59,548 bases of DNA, taken from positions 62,001 through 121,548 of the IMG/VR virus record IMGVR_UViG_3300022851_000011; one strand, 5' to 3'. Below are positions 48,246-58,660 of this stretch, one piece after another. The position numbers were made by a program, and so were the translations under genes. Source of the stretch: an uncultured virus (IMG/VR IMGVR_UViG_3300022851_000011). Its lineage: Duplodnaviria > Heunggongvirae > Uroviricota > Caudoviricetes. The notes under the pieces are model-generated. The model made no database searches, had not been told where the DNA came from, and saw nothing but the letters and a program-made list of their open reading frames with translations. How positions within the stretch are numbered: position 1 is the stretch's first letter; each line of letters starts with the position of its first letter.

Positions 48246-49037
48246 TAACTATTTTCAAAAAACTTATTATATAAGTGCTTTGAAAATGGACCGATGGCTG
48301 CGCCTTACATACGCTATCGGTCCCTAGCACATGGGTCTTAAAGTAGACCACACCGTTGATTCTTATCGACCCTCAACGAACCCGTCCAAAATTAAAGTAT
48401 TTGAAAAACTGCATCAGCTTTGTTTTGCCTCGGAATATCAGGGGTTCTTTATTTGATTTAACCATTATACTATATTGTTATGGCATTGTCAATCTAAAAT
48501 TTTAAAGAATGTTTTAGGTGGAAAAAAACTGTGCTACTTCACAGGAAAGCGAGCTGGTCTAAAACTATGGAACAACTAAACATAGGAGAGACTTACGCTC
48601 GCGCCTAAAACATTCTTTAAACTTTCAGTCTGTCAACAACTATCATCATTTGATTTCTTCCTTAAATACGCACAAAGCAACGACACTAGATTCATTTTCA
48701 TTGCCAGAGCCGACTTCAATGCGCATTTCCTTAATTGATTGCGAACATACTTCATAGCTGGGCATCGTCGCATGCGGATTCGAACCGCTTCAAGGGGTTA
48801 ACCTCTTATCTCCACGCCCTTCCCGGAAAGGGTCAGTCAATTCTTTATCCAAAAAACATAAAAAAGAATGCAGCACCAACACCACTACAAACAGCAATCA
48901 TCAGTACGACGGTCTTAATATCTTCTCGGTCAATTTTCATCTAAGCTTCTCCAATACATTCACAGCTAATGTCTTTTAGCCAATAATAATCAGCGTCCAT
49001 TGCCTGATTGGTTGCATCATGTTCATCTTCTGCGATG

Positions 49038-49346
49038 TTATGATTCGGATATTGCTTTGAACGCCATTTTTGTTAACTCGGTATACAGGTTTAGATTTTC
49101 TTTAATCATGTATTCCTGTGTTGGGGATTTGGCGTGTTGAAGTTGGTGTTCATATAGTTTGGCTTCATGGCGTAGGTATTTCCATAATGATACCATAGCA
49201 TCCATTGACGGTTCTTTATTCATTGACTTAATGTATGCGTAGTATGTTGGATTACGATTAAGATAAGTCTTACTGAATTGCTTATCGGATAGTCCAATGT
49301 TTTCTATACGCAGACGATGTAATATTTCGTTAAGGATATCGATCAT
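49038..49346 (-). CDS. hypothetical HTH-like protein
   Basis: FS..YLNR...YYAY.K....PS motif; own sigma70-like promoter. Confidence 0.6.
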   Translation of the reverse strand: MIDILNEILHRLRIENIGLSDKQFSKTYLNRNPTYYAYIKSMNKEPSMDAMVSLWKYLRHEAKLYEHQLQHAKSPTQEYMIKENLNLYTELTKMAFKAISES

Positions 49347-49514
49347 ATTGTATTATACTATATGTGATAGGTTAAGTCAAGATATTAATATGTTATTATC
49401 AACTATAAATTATTCGATAAAGTAACTTTGAAAGACTTTGTTACATAAGAGGTATACAAGAATATCAAACGATAATCTACTAGATAATGGAAGATTTATT
49501 TAATACCTTTTAAA

Positions 49515-49800
49515 GTGCTAGGTGATTCTGTTTCCAAGTTCACCTAGCGAAACTCATTTCCTACGAAGCAGGGCGAAAACCGTTAGGTTCAGGCTGCTAC
49601 CGCCATAGGAACAAAATTGTCGTTAGACGCTTTTGCAATTGTTGTGTCGTTACGTTAACCCAGTTTCCACGGGACAATCTCGGTATCGTTTTTACTGCAT
49701 CAGTCGAACCTGTTTCACTCCCATCATAAGGACACCATATAATATCCTTATGGTGGAAGTGGTGGGTACTGCCCCCACGTATCTGAACTGCCTATTATAC
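49515..49800 (-). ncRNA. ssrA: circularly permuted two-piece tmRNA
   Basis: T arm + CACTTCC-A-CCA (ends 49751) precedes an intervening hairpin and then GGGAGTG-AAACAGGTTCGAC (starts 49722); G3:U70 pair; tag frame AKASNDNFVPMAVAA* at 49636-49589; outer ends approximate. Confidence 0.92.
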
Positions 49801-49921
49801 TAGCCTCAAACGATTGTATTCTTATTTAGTGTGTCATCTTATTGTTACCATGTGTATTATACCACTATATAACAGGAAAGTCAATTGTTTTATAATAAAT
49901 AAGTATCTATTGATAAATGCG

Positions 49922-50434
49922 TCAATAGTTATTATGGATTTCTTCTAATACTACAATATTGACGGCGATGGGTGGAACTTTCACAGTGATATCGGGCAGG
50001 ATATAACGGTGGTAGCGCACTTCGGAAGTATACCAGCATGATCCTGATGGGACGTTATTCGGGATTTTAACGAATAGGTCGGCGTGTTGTGCAACCCCTG
50101 CTGGCCACACGGTGTTTGGACTTGGGCGTGTCACTAGGTTAGAATATAAGTTTCCATCGCTACACATAAGGCTTTGGTCTATTACAGTAAGACGGGGTGT
50201 TGTATATGCGGTATAAGTGAAATCTAGTTTGGCATATTCACCGGGGCGTGTTGGTCCATCGATATGTGTTGCACTAACATCACGTATGGGTGCTTTAATA
50301 TCCATCCAGAATAGTGTTCCCAAAATAGAACAGGATGTCAATACGAATAGCAAGAATCCTACTGCAAAAATATGTGATGGGTCTTTGATATCTACGTCAT
50401 TGCACTCATTTTTGATATGTGCCACTAAGTTCAT
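49922..50434 (-). CDS. single-TM hypothetical protein
   Basis: hydrophobic segment then beta-rich domain. Confidence 0.6.
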   Translation of the reverse strand: MNLVAHIKNECNDVDIKDPSHIFAVGFLLFVLTSCSILGTLFWMDIKAPIRDVSATHIDGPTRPGEYAKLDFTYTAYTTPRLTVIDQSLMCSDGNLYSNLVTRPSPNTVWPAGVAQHADLFVKIPNNVPSGSCWYTSEVRYHRYILPDITVKVPPIAVNIVVLEEIHNNY

Positions 50435-50446
50435 TGTATTTTCCTT

Positions 50447-50698
50447 TTATGATATATTTACGATAACTGAGGCTACGATGGCTGTTACTACGGATATGAG
50501 AATGATACCAGCAAATCCATACGCAAGGATTTTGACTGGTGTGTGTTCATGTTTAGTGATGAAGTCATGGCTCATACTTTTTTCGATGCTGGTTAAACGG
50601 CGTTCTAATTCAATAGTGCGTTCATCGATACGACCAAGCAACTCACGTATGTCGTTGTTTTCTCGTCTGTCAAAGCTCTGTCGTTCTTCTGTTTTCAT
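50447..50698 (-). CDS. small coiled-coil + C-terminal TM protein (possibly lysis-related)
   Basis: DRR motif, LGRIDERT, C-terminal TM. Confidence 0.55.
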   Translation of the reverse strand: MKTEERQSFDRRENNDIRELLGRIDERTIELERRLTSIEKSMSHDFITKHEHTPVKILAYGFAGIILISVVTAIVASVIVNIS

Positions 50699-50763
50699 AA
50701 TCTTTGCCCAATGCCTGTATACGTTTATTTACTATATATTAGTAAAGATTATGGATGTATATA

Positions 50764-52584
50764 TTATGTAAGAAAGTCTTCGTCGGTAAATCCAGCAACA
50801 TTTTGTGTATCATTAAATTCGTTGATAGGTTCAAGATCATCATTTAGTTGACCTGCATAACCTATACCGTATTCGGCGAACTGCGCAAGATTTTGTCCTT
50901 CACGCAAACCAAGTTTAAGGAAGTCGCCTGTTTGTGTAGGTGCGGCGGATTTTGCTAGGAATTCTGCACGGTTGCTACCATCTTGTCCATACGTTGGTAG
51001 TTGCCTTGCGAAGCTTAACATGGTTGCTTTATTGCCGGGTGACACCAGCGAGGTATCGATATCGGATATAGCAATGTTTTCTAGTTCGGTATTCAATTTA
51101 TCTGCGGTGCCTATCCAGTTATTGCGTGAGGTGTCTATTAAATTTTGAACCGTTGGTGAACTATTGTTACCTATGATTGTGAATTCGTCTGTGATTTGAG
51201 TTTGTTTGGCGCTTGCCCAATCGTCCAATGTAGCGAAGATACCGATCAGTGGATCATTGATTGTTCCTGCGGATACATCTGTATATGCTCCACCAAGACC
51301 TGCGCTTAGTTGACCATATAATGATTGAACGTCTGCGGTTACGCCAAGGTCTGATAGTTGGTCGATTGCCTGTTTATATGACGGTATGTAATCTTCGATG
51401 CCATATCCTGCGGCGATACCCATAACGTCACGCATTAACACTGATCCGTCTGGACCAGTGCCGTTACCAAAGACGCCTGAAATATTACTAAAGTATTCAG
51501 GTGATAGTAGGTCGGTTTGTCCGAGAATATTGGTTAAGTCGCTTCCGCCTGCCATGCCGCCCATCATATCCCCTAGATCACCAAGACTGGCCAATGAGCC
51601 TGTATCAATGCTACCTAGTTTTGTTCCGAGGTCAGCGAAGCTACTGAATGATTTACCAATATTGTTATCGAGAACTTTTGTTACATCGGTCAGCTGACCT
51701 AGATTATTAAGATTGATTCCTGATCCCATCACTTCTTGGATGTCGGCAAGGTCGGTGATATTAGTAATACCGTTCATTACTTCTTGTATTTTTCCTTGGT
51801 ATAGTGGGTTAGAAAGATCATCTAGTGGAATCCCCAACCCTTCAAGTTTGGTTGCTATGTTACCGATATCACCCAGTCCTTCACTTAATAGTTGCGATGC
51901 GATTTGTCCGGGCTGCATTAGATTGGCGAAGTTCGATACGTCACCAAATTTACCGAGACTTGCGAAACCTGCACCAAGATCGGGGAAGGATGCTCCGAGT
52001 CCATCTGTAAGGCTACCGATACCATTTGTTAATAGTTCATCGAAGTTACCAATGGAATCTCCTAGAAACCCACCATCGGTAAAGTCTTTAGTAAGTCCTG
52101 TAATACCACCGAAGTCTGTGTTTAAGGCACGAGTAATTGTTGGCATAATATCTATACTTGATCCACTGAATGATTGAACTTGATTAAAAATCTGAAGCCC
52201 AGCGCTAATATCCACTGGCATGAATTCGGATGCATGGGCGGTGATTGAAGTAATCAGACTTGAAGAATCGGTTACTTTGGATGCTAGATCACCCAGACCA
52301 CTGGGTACGGCTGCGGTTAATGCTGCTGCGATACCAGACCCACCAGCTGCACTAGTTATGGCACCCAATGTTCCACTTGATATGGCTGTTAATGGGTCTA
52401 ATCCTGTATCGCCTACTGCACCACTTGCGGCACTCATTGCCGCCTGTGCAACGATGGCGGTTGGTCCATTTGCTGCTACTGCCATAATAGTAGGGGCAAC
52501 ACTAGCAATACCGGGGATTCCCCCAAGCATTCCGCCGAACATACCAAATCCGCCAGATGTCATTCCTGCAATTTTACATGCCAT
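50764..52584 (-). CDS. Gly/Ala-rich putative baseplate/tail-associated protein
   Basis: adjacent to PAAR gene; Gly-rich composition; G.GTGP.G...M.DV.G.AAG. Confidence 0.55.
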   Translation of the reverse strand: MACKIAGMTSGGFGMFGGMLGGIPGIASVAPTIMAVAANGPTAIVAQAAMSAASGAVGDTGLDPLTAISSGTLGAITSAAGGSGIAAALTAAVPSGLGDLASKVTDSSSLITSITAHASEFMPVDISAGLQIFNQVQSFSGSSIDIMPTITRALNTDFGGITGLTKDFTDGGFLGDSIGNFDELLTNGIGSLTDGLGASFPDLGAGFASLGKFGDVSNFANLMQPGQIASQLLSEGLGDIGNIATKLEGLGIPLDDLSNPLYQGKIQEVMNGITNITDLADIQEVMGSGINLNNLGQLTDVTKVLDNNIGKSFSSFADLGTKLGSIDTGSLASLGDLGDMMGGMAGGSDLTNILGQTDLLSPEYFSNISGVFGNGTGPDGSVLMRDVMGIAAGYGIEDYIPSYKQAIDQLSDLGVTADVQSLYGQLSAGLGGAYTDVSAGTINDPLIGIFATLDDWASAKQTQITDEFTIIGNNSSPTVQNLIDTSRNNWIGTADKLNTELENIAISDIDTSLVSPGNKATMLSFARQLPTYGQDGSNRAEFLAKSAAPTQTGDFLKLGLREGQNLAQFAEYGIGYAGQLNDDLEPINEFNDTQNVAGFTDEDFLT

Positions 52585-52588
52585 AATC

Positions 52589-52870
52589 TTATCCTATAAT
52601 AACGTTCGAACTACCAGTAGCTCTAGAATGACCACAGGTATCTACATCACCTACACGTATTACGGGAATACCTTCAACTAACACTTTGGTACTACCTTTG
52701 CCTGTACGTGCACTACAATGAATAGGCACATCAGGACAAGGGGCGTGTGGGGATACCGGAACACCGGTATAGCACAACGGGCGACCATTCACGGTCACCT
52801 TTGTTGAACCTTGCATTGTTGCTCCGCCGCCACCATTAATATCGCCTAGTCTAACTGCCTGTGATGCCAT
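52589..52870 (-). CDS. PAAR-domain spike tip protein (gp5.4-like)
   Basis: AVRLGD, GS.KV.VNG.P, PH.PCP...H, RVGD..TCGH...GSSNV. Confidence 0.9.
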   Translation of the reverse strand: MASQAVRLGDINGGGGATMQGSTKVTVNGRPLCYTGVPVSPHAPCPDVPIHCSARTGKGSTKVLVEGIPVIRVGDVDTCGHSRATGSSNVIIG

Positions 52871-53186
52871 GTAGTTCGTTCACTCCTGCTACTTGAATAC
52901 CGGATGTGCTTTTGATGTAACTATTCTTAATATCGTCACGTGGAGTAGTTAGCATAGCGACAGCGGTTTTCATAATCTCTACACTCTTATTTATGTCCAT
53001 ACAAAACACACTTGGTTGCATATCCAAGATAGGTTCGCCTTTATCATTTTGAACTAGACCGATTGTGGCTGGTTTTTTTACGACATATTTTGTATCGCCT
53101 TCTACTTCTAGTTTGCCGATAATTTCTTCGCCGTTAGTCATTCTAAAGACGAAGATATCGCCTTCTTTTTTACTTTGAACTAACAT
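52851..53186 (-). CDS. conserved Sm-like phage protein
   Basis: FRMTNGEEIIG, SYIKSTSGI. Confidence 0.65.
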   Translation of the reverse strand: MLVQSKKEGDIFVFRMTNGEEIIGKLEVEGDTKYVVKKPATIGLVQNDKGEPILDMQPSVFCMDINKSVEIMKTAVAMLTTPRDDIKNSYIKSTSGIQVAGVNELHGITGS

Positions 53187-53269
53187 TGATATATTCCTTT
53201 TTGATGATGTTTCTACTGTTATTTATAGATAAATAAATATGATTAAATATTTTGGATAAATACTAAGGT

Positions 53270-54370
53270 ATGAGTACAATAAAAGATTTTGGGGATAAGC
53301 ATGTTGCCGTTAGTTCTCTTGAGACAAAACTTCACGCAACAAGAAAAGACCCCCGTATAGTTTCAGTGAACTGGTTTTTAGGCAAGAGATGCAACTACGA
53401 TTGCTCTTACTGTGCATCGTTCTTTCACGACAACTATAGTCCGCATATTAAGTTAGAAGATGCCAAGTCTTTCATCGAAAGTCTGCGCGATGAAGTAAAA
53501 ACCCAAAACAAAATGATAAAGTTTGCAATCACCGGAGGCGAACCATTCATTCATCCACACTTCTATGAAATAGCAGAGTTCATAAAGTTACAGGGTAACT
53601 GTATACAACTTAGCGTCACTACAAACGGATCACTACCCTTAGAATATTACCTACGATGTATTGAACACATTGACACCATCACCGTTAGTTTACATATGGA
53701 AAAATCAAACACTATTATAGATAACACAATAGCCAAAATCATAGCATTATCGAACAACGATATATTCCTCAATGTAAACCTTATGGCATTGCCGGGAAAG
53801 TTTGATAAAATAAAAGAAATCATTGATGTGTTTCATAAGCACAATATAAAGTTCGTGTTACGGAAAATAATCCCACCATATGAAGACAAGGACGCCATCG
53901 TAACCAAGAAGACTCTGACCGTTCCTATAGCAGAGTTGGAAAAAGACTTTGATAAAGTGAAGTTCGACAAGAAGCAATATGCCATTGAAACGACCAGTGA
54001 TAGATATCTTGAATATTACTCAAAGGATGAGTTGGCATTTCTAGATGCATTTGTTCATAACAGTTGGTGCAACATCAAGTTACATACCGAAGATGATACA
54101 TTAGAATGCAATACAGATGACCTCATATTACAAGATGCAAACAACTGGCAAAACTGGAAGTGTTATATCGGGATTGACTCATTGTATATTCAACACAACG
54201 GGTCAGTTTTTAGAGGAACTTGTATGCAGGGTGGATCAATAGGAAAAATAGGTTCTCCTATTGATTGGCCAAGAGAACCTATTGTTTGTCCTATTTCAAA
54301 ATGCGGATGCAATGCCGACATGGTAATCAGGAAAGTAAAAGACGACAGATATACTGGGTTGATTAACTAA
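53270..54370 (+). CDS. radical SAM protein
   Basis: RCNYDCSYC, TGGEP, TTNGS, C-terminal Cys cluster. Confidence 0.9.
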   Translation: MSTIKDFGDKHVAVSSLETKLHATRKDPRIVSVNWFLGKRCNYDCSYCASFFHDNYSPHIKLEDAKSFIESLRDEVKTQNKMIKFAITGGEPFIHPHFYEIAEFIKLQGNCIQLSVTTNGSLPLEYYLRCIEHIDTITVSLHMEKSNTIIDNTIAKIIALSNNDIFLNVNLMALPGKFDKIKEIIDVFHKHNIKFVLRKIIPPYEDKDAIVTKKTLTVPIAELEKDFDKVKFDKKQYAIETTSDRYLEYYSKDELAFLDAFVHNSWCNIKLHTEDDTLECNTDDLILQDANNWQNWKCYIGIDSLYIQHNGSVFRGTCMQGGSIGKIGSPIDWPREPIVCPISKCGCNADMVIRKVKDDRYTGLIN

Positions 54371-54483
54371 AGGTAACACCCAAAAAGATAATACCACATA
54401 GAATAACGAATATAGCCAAGGCAGACTTCCACCCACATGCATGAGCAAATACATGAATTCCTTCAATGAATAATACTATCATC

Positions 54484-54723
54484 TCACCCATAGTCTTTTA
54501 TTTCCTGTTCAGTCATTTTCTGTAGACCATTATTACCACCGTGTACAGCCTTGCCATTAATATAAATCTGCGGAACTGTGCGATGACCTTCTTCTTTTAG
54601 AAACTCGCGAGTTCCCGGCGTCATCTCAATGTCAATCTCCAAAAATGGCAGATTGATTTCCGTTAGTTTTTTCTTTGCCTGAATACAGTGCGGACAATCG
54701 TTTTTTGTATATAGTTTAATCAT
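54484..54723 (-). CDS. glutaredoxin
   Basis: CPHC, RTVPQIYING. Confidence 0.92.
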   Translation of the reverse strand: MIKLYTKNDCPHCIQAKKKLTEINLPFLEIDIEMTPGTREFLKEEGHRTVPQIYINGKAVHGGNNGLQKMTEQEIKDYG

Positions 54724-54745
54724 TATGTTCTCCTGCTATGTAGAT

Positions 54746-55837
54746 TTATAAATCAAAGTCCTTGAATGTATCGCCGTCTACGTCTTGAACAGTTCCGCCC
54801 AAAATATATGATGACACCTGTACTTCTTGAGGAGCCACTTGAACTTCGCTTCCGCTAATCCATTTTTGCGTCCAAGGTAATGGATTGGCTTGTGGAACTT
54901 TATACGGGCTTGGTAGTTTAATTGACTGCAATCGTTTATGTGCAACCCATTCTACGTATTGGTTTAGTAGTTCTTCGTTCAATCCAATCATTGAGCCATC
55001 CTTAAACAGATATTTGGCCCATGCTTTTTCCTGATCAACAACGTCAGTAAATAGGTTAAGACATTCTTCTTGTGTCTCTTCTGCAATCTTTGCGAAATCG
55101 GGGTCGTCGGTGGGTAGATATTTGATCAAGTTCTGCGTAGCTGCCAAATGAACATTCTCGTCGCGGCAAATAAGTTTGATTATTTTAGCGTTGCCTTCCA
55201 TCTTTTTTAGTTCAGCGAATGCCCATGCACATGCAAAACTCACATAGAAACGAACACCTTCCAATGCATTGACGCTATTGATAGCCATCCAAATATGCTT
55301 CTTTAGTTGATAGTCCGACATCGTACGTTTATCATTGCGCCATTTATGTGTAGCATCAATCAACTCGTCGTAATATTTTGCGATTGACTTGGCACATTCC
55401 ATGACTTCGGTGTTGTCATTGACGGCATCGAATACTTTACTCGGGTTTGCATACACATTGCGGATGATATAGGTATATGATCGTGAATGGATAGTTTCGT
55501 TGAATGACCATGTTTCAATGAATGCTTCCAACTCCGGTAAGGTAGCCAATGGCAAGAACGCAAGATTAGGTGATCGCCCCTGAACACTATCGAGGATGAT
55601 TTGACGTTTCAGGTTGCTGGTGAAAATATGCTGTTCATATTCGCTCAACTCTTTGAAGTCTTTTGCATCGCGCATAATGTCAACTTCTTGTGGCGTCCAG
55701 AAGAATCCAATCATCTTCTCGGTAAGTTTTTCAAAGGCGGGATACTTTACTGTCTCGTATCTCTGCATCCCCATTGCCTCGTCTAAGAATAACTTCTTGT
55801 TTGTGTGGTCTGTGTGTTTCGTATTAAATACTGTCAT
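54746..55837 (-). CDS. nrdB: ribonucleotide reductase class Ia beta subunit
   Basis: FFW.P.EV, LDSVQGR, ETIHSRSY, LEGVRFYVSFAC, DENVH, QVAPQE. Confidence 0.96.
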   Translation of the reverse strand: MTVFNTKHTDHTNKKLFLDEAMGMQRYETVKYPAFEKLTEKMIGFFWTPQEVDIMRDAKDFKELSEYEQHIFTSNLKRQIILDSVQGRSPNLAFLPLATLPELEAFIETWSFNETIHSRSYTYIIRNVYANPSKVFDAVNDNTEVMECAKSIAKYYDELIDATHKWRNDKRTMSDYQLKKHIWMAINSVNALEGVRFYVSFACAWAFAELKKMEGNAKIIKLICRDENVHLAATQNLIKYLPTDDPDFAKIAEETQEECLNLFTDVVDQEKAWAKYLFKDGSMIGLNEELLNQYVEWVAHKRLQSIKLPSPYKVPQANPLPWTQKWISGSEVQVAPQEVQVSSYILGGTVQDVDGDTFKDFDL

Positions 55838-55868
55838 TGTTTTCTCCAAATATCGATTTCGGGTTGCA

Positions 55869-56342
55869 TCATAGGTCTAACTCATCAATGCGTAAATTAT
55901 AGCAATCAGATTTTACAGTGAAGTTATTTGAGGGATCAACCTCTCCCCGCGTAAGCATCGTTGCTTCTTCAAAATATTTCATCTTATCTTTAAATCCAAG
56001 TATCCAAGCCGTTGACAAATCCTTACTGACACGAGTGAATGCATAAACGTCACATTTCTGCGTAGTATTTAACTTAGCCACACTACATTCATAATATGGT
56101 TTAGGTGCCACGGTTGTTCTTTTTGTCTTTACATCAATTGTAATATCCTCGAAAACAATATCATAATCATAAGTATTACGTATCGCTGCCCCCTCGCCCA
56201 AAAAGTCAGCGACAATACGCTCACCAATGAATCCGGCAATGTTACCTGCGCCACCAGTTATACTGTTGTTGAGCCTTCCCATTTCTGCCGATTTTTCGGT
56301 AGCTTCGTGTACGATATCACTCGTCAGTTTAACCTCGATCAT
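55869..56342 (-). CDS. hypothetical PD-(D/E)XK-like phage protein
   Basis: G.IGE, YDYD, IDVKTK. Confidence 0.6.
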   Translation of the reverse strand: MIEVKLTSDIVHEATEKSAEMGRLNNSITGGAGNIAGFIGERIVADFLGEGAAIRNTYDYDIVFEDITIDVKTKRTTVAPKPYYECSVAKLNTTQKCDVYAFTRVSKDLSTAWILGFKDKMKYFEEATMLTRGEVDPSNNFTVKSDCYNLRIDELDL

Positions 56343-57562
56343 TTCGTTACTTCCTCGTATAGTTTCGGCATTACATCTTTCATCTTTAATGACGAATCTT
56401 GCTCATACCATTCTATGTATCTAGTGAACTTCGCTTTGAGTTCGGGTTTGTATTTATGCGTTAGGTATTCATCAATTCGTTTATCAGATTCATTTTCGAT
56501 ATAGCCAGCTGAATTGTTAAAATCAAGTTCTTTTATATTATCTCGTATAGTATTGACATAATCGATACCAAGCGCATCTAGCGTTAAATATGACGGATGA
56601 TCAGTTAATGAAAATCCAACTGTCAACTTGTTACTGTGTGTCCATTTGATAAACTTATCCATATGTTCCAATGATAATGCCTGTATAGTATTGACAATGC
56701 CCACATGATGTTTTTCTATGTTATGCTGGCAGTAATCCCTGAACATCAATATATTATTTTCTACTTCTGGCCAGTGACTACCCTTTCTAATATAATCCTG
56801 CGCATCACCTATTCCTTCGAGGCTTACGCTAACACTTATATACTTGAACTTATCAAGCCGCTTCATTATGGGGATGAAATCAACACTCCCATTACTGACA
56901 AAATGTAATCGCACTTTAGATGCCTTGTCTGCCGGAACATTATCTAAAATAGTAAGTAACTTGGTATCAATAAACGGTTCACCACCCAATAGTTTTATGC
57001 TTTTTATTTCTTTACTCAATGCATATAACAGAGTGCGATATTCATTGACCATAAATGTATTCTTAGTTCTTTCGAAGTAGTCAGGCTCATCAGCCAGCAC
57101 CTCTTGAACAAATTCATTACTCTTATCTTTGGCCCATCGGTTATAAATCTGGGTGCTGTCGGCTGGGTTGCACATCGCACAACTGAAATTACAAAGATTA
57201 TTGGTTTTTATATCGGCATGCATCAACACATTGTCGTGCTTTAATGCATTTTTGACCCACGAGTTATTGATGTCATCCTCTTTGATAAATGTTTGATGAT
57301 AGATATTTCGTAGGCTTAGTAACCCTGCTTCTTCTTTCTTCCAACAGTTATTACATTCAGATATTTTATTTCCTGCCTCAAGGTTGTCATTCATGTACTT
57401 GAAGTATTCGCTGTTTTGCCAATCTGCGATAGCATAATAATCTTTCTCGCCAGTGAAGTCAGATGCTTTCTTGTCGACATGACAACATGGCACAATATCA
57501 TTTTGCATTCCTGAACGTATAGCAAATCGTGACGCAAAACAAAATGTCTTATTATTAGCCAT
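56339..57562 (-). CDS. radical SAM protein with N-terminal twitch/SPASM-like Cys motifs
   Basis: PCC, CNNCW..E, LCNFSCAMC, LGGEP. Confidence 0.88.
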   Translation of the reverse strand: MANNKTFCFASRFAIRSGMQNDIVPCCHVDKKASDFTGEKDYYAIADWQNSEYFKYMNDNLEAGNKISECNNCWKKEEAGLLSLRNIYHQTFIKEDDINNSWVKNALKHDNVLMHADIKTNNLCNFSCAMCNPADSTQIYNRWAKDKSNEFVQEVLADEPDYFERTKNTFMVNEYRTLLYALSKEIKSIKLLGGEPFIDTKLLTILDNVPADKASKVRLHFVSNGSVDFIPIMKRLDKFKYISVSVSLEGIGDAQDYIRKGSHWPEVENNILMFRDYCQHNIEKHHVGIVNTIQALSLEHMDKFIKWTHSNKLTVGFSLTDHPSYLTLDALGIDYVNTIRDNIKELDFNNSAGYIENESDKRIDEYLTHKYKPELKAKFTRYIEWYEQDSSLKMKDVMPKLYEEVTK

Positions 57563-57568
57563 TTTTGC

Positions 57569-58660
57569 TCATAGCATACATGCATCGCAATCTTCTGGGT
57601 CTTCTAACTCAGATAATGTATCAACTTCATCTTTTTTATCAAATGCATTTTCATCATATTCGCCTTGGCCATCATTGGTATTGAAGTAATAAAGCGTCTT
57701 AATTCCCCACTTGTATGCCATAAGCAAATGTTTCAATAACTCACTCATCGGAATCTTTTCATCTTCATAGTGTGATGGGTTGTAGCTGGTGTTTGTTGAA
57801 ATAGATTGGTCAATGTATTTCTGTAGCACTGCCATAATCTTTAGATAGCCTTCTGGTGATTTTTGATCCCATAATAGTTCATACTTATTCTTTAGGCGTG
57901 GATACCCCGGCACAACTTGTTTCAACACACCATCCTTAGATTGTTTGACTGATACATACGAGCGCGGCGGTTCAATGCCGTTTGTGCTGTTGCTGATTTG
58001 CGATGAAGTCTCCGATGGCATAAGGGCCATTAATGTGGCATTACGAATGCCAGTATCTTTTAGTTGCTCGCGAAGTGCTTGCCACGGCATACGTTCAACA
58101 TGCGGGACCAACTCATCAACCGTCTTCTTGTATGTGTCAATGGGCAGGATACCATCACTGTATCGGGTGTTTGCATTTAGTTTACATGCACCTTTTTCGG
58201 CAGCAAGGTCTGCGCTTGCTTTGATAAGATAGTAACTCCACGCTTCGGCATACTCGTCAATCAACTCCAAGTTTGGTTCAGAATATGATGAGTCGTGCTT
58301 GGCAAGGAAGTATGCTAGGTTGATGATCCCTACACCTAATGGTCTATAACCTTTTGAATGTAGTTCAGCAGCAAGCACTGGATACTTCTGGTAATCAAGT
58401 AATGCGTCTAGTCCACGCACCGCAAGTTCACAAGGACGCTTGAAGTCTGATGGTTCTTTAACATTTCCCCAATTCATAGCCGACAATGTACATAAAGCAA
58501 TCAATCCATCCTCGTCTTTTAAATCTATAAGTGGCTTAGTTGGTAGGGCAATCTCTTGACAGTTATGAACCAACACATCGTTAGCAAAAAAGTTTTCTGT
58601 GTCTTTTACTGTTATGTCGTATACGGCTTCTCGTTTTGCTAATTTAGTTACTTTTGCCAT
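57569..58660 (-). CDS. nrdA: split intein C-half + NrdA C-terminal part
   Basis: 33-aa IntC (VYDITV..TENFFAN.VLVHN) then CQEIALP, LCTLSA, MPSETSSQ, DQSISTN, KTLYY, C-terminal CDAC. Confidence 0.93.
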   Translation of the reverse strand: MAKVTKLAKREAVYDITVKDTENFFANDVLVHNCQEIALPTKPLIDLKDEDGLIALCTLSAMNWGNVKEPSDFKRPCELAVRGLDALLDYQKYPVLAAELHSKGYRPLGVGIINLAYFLAKHDSSYSEPNLELIDEYAEAWSYYLIKASADLAAEKGACKLNANTRYSDGILPIDTYKKTVDELVPHVERMPWQALREQLKDTGIRNATLMALMPSETSSQISNSTNGIEPPRSYVSVKQSKDGVLKQVVPGYPRLKNKYELLWDQKSPEGYLKIMAVLQKYIDQSISTNTSYNPSHYEDEKIPMSELLKHLLMAYKWGIKTLYYFNTNDGQGEYDENAFDKKDEVDTLSELEDPEDCDACML

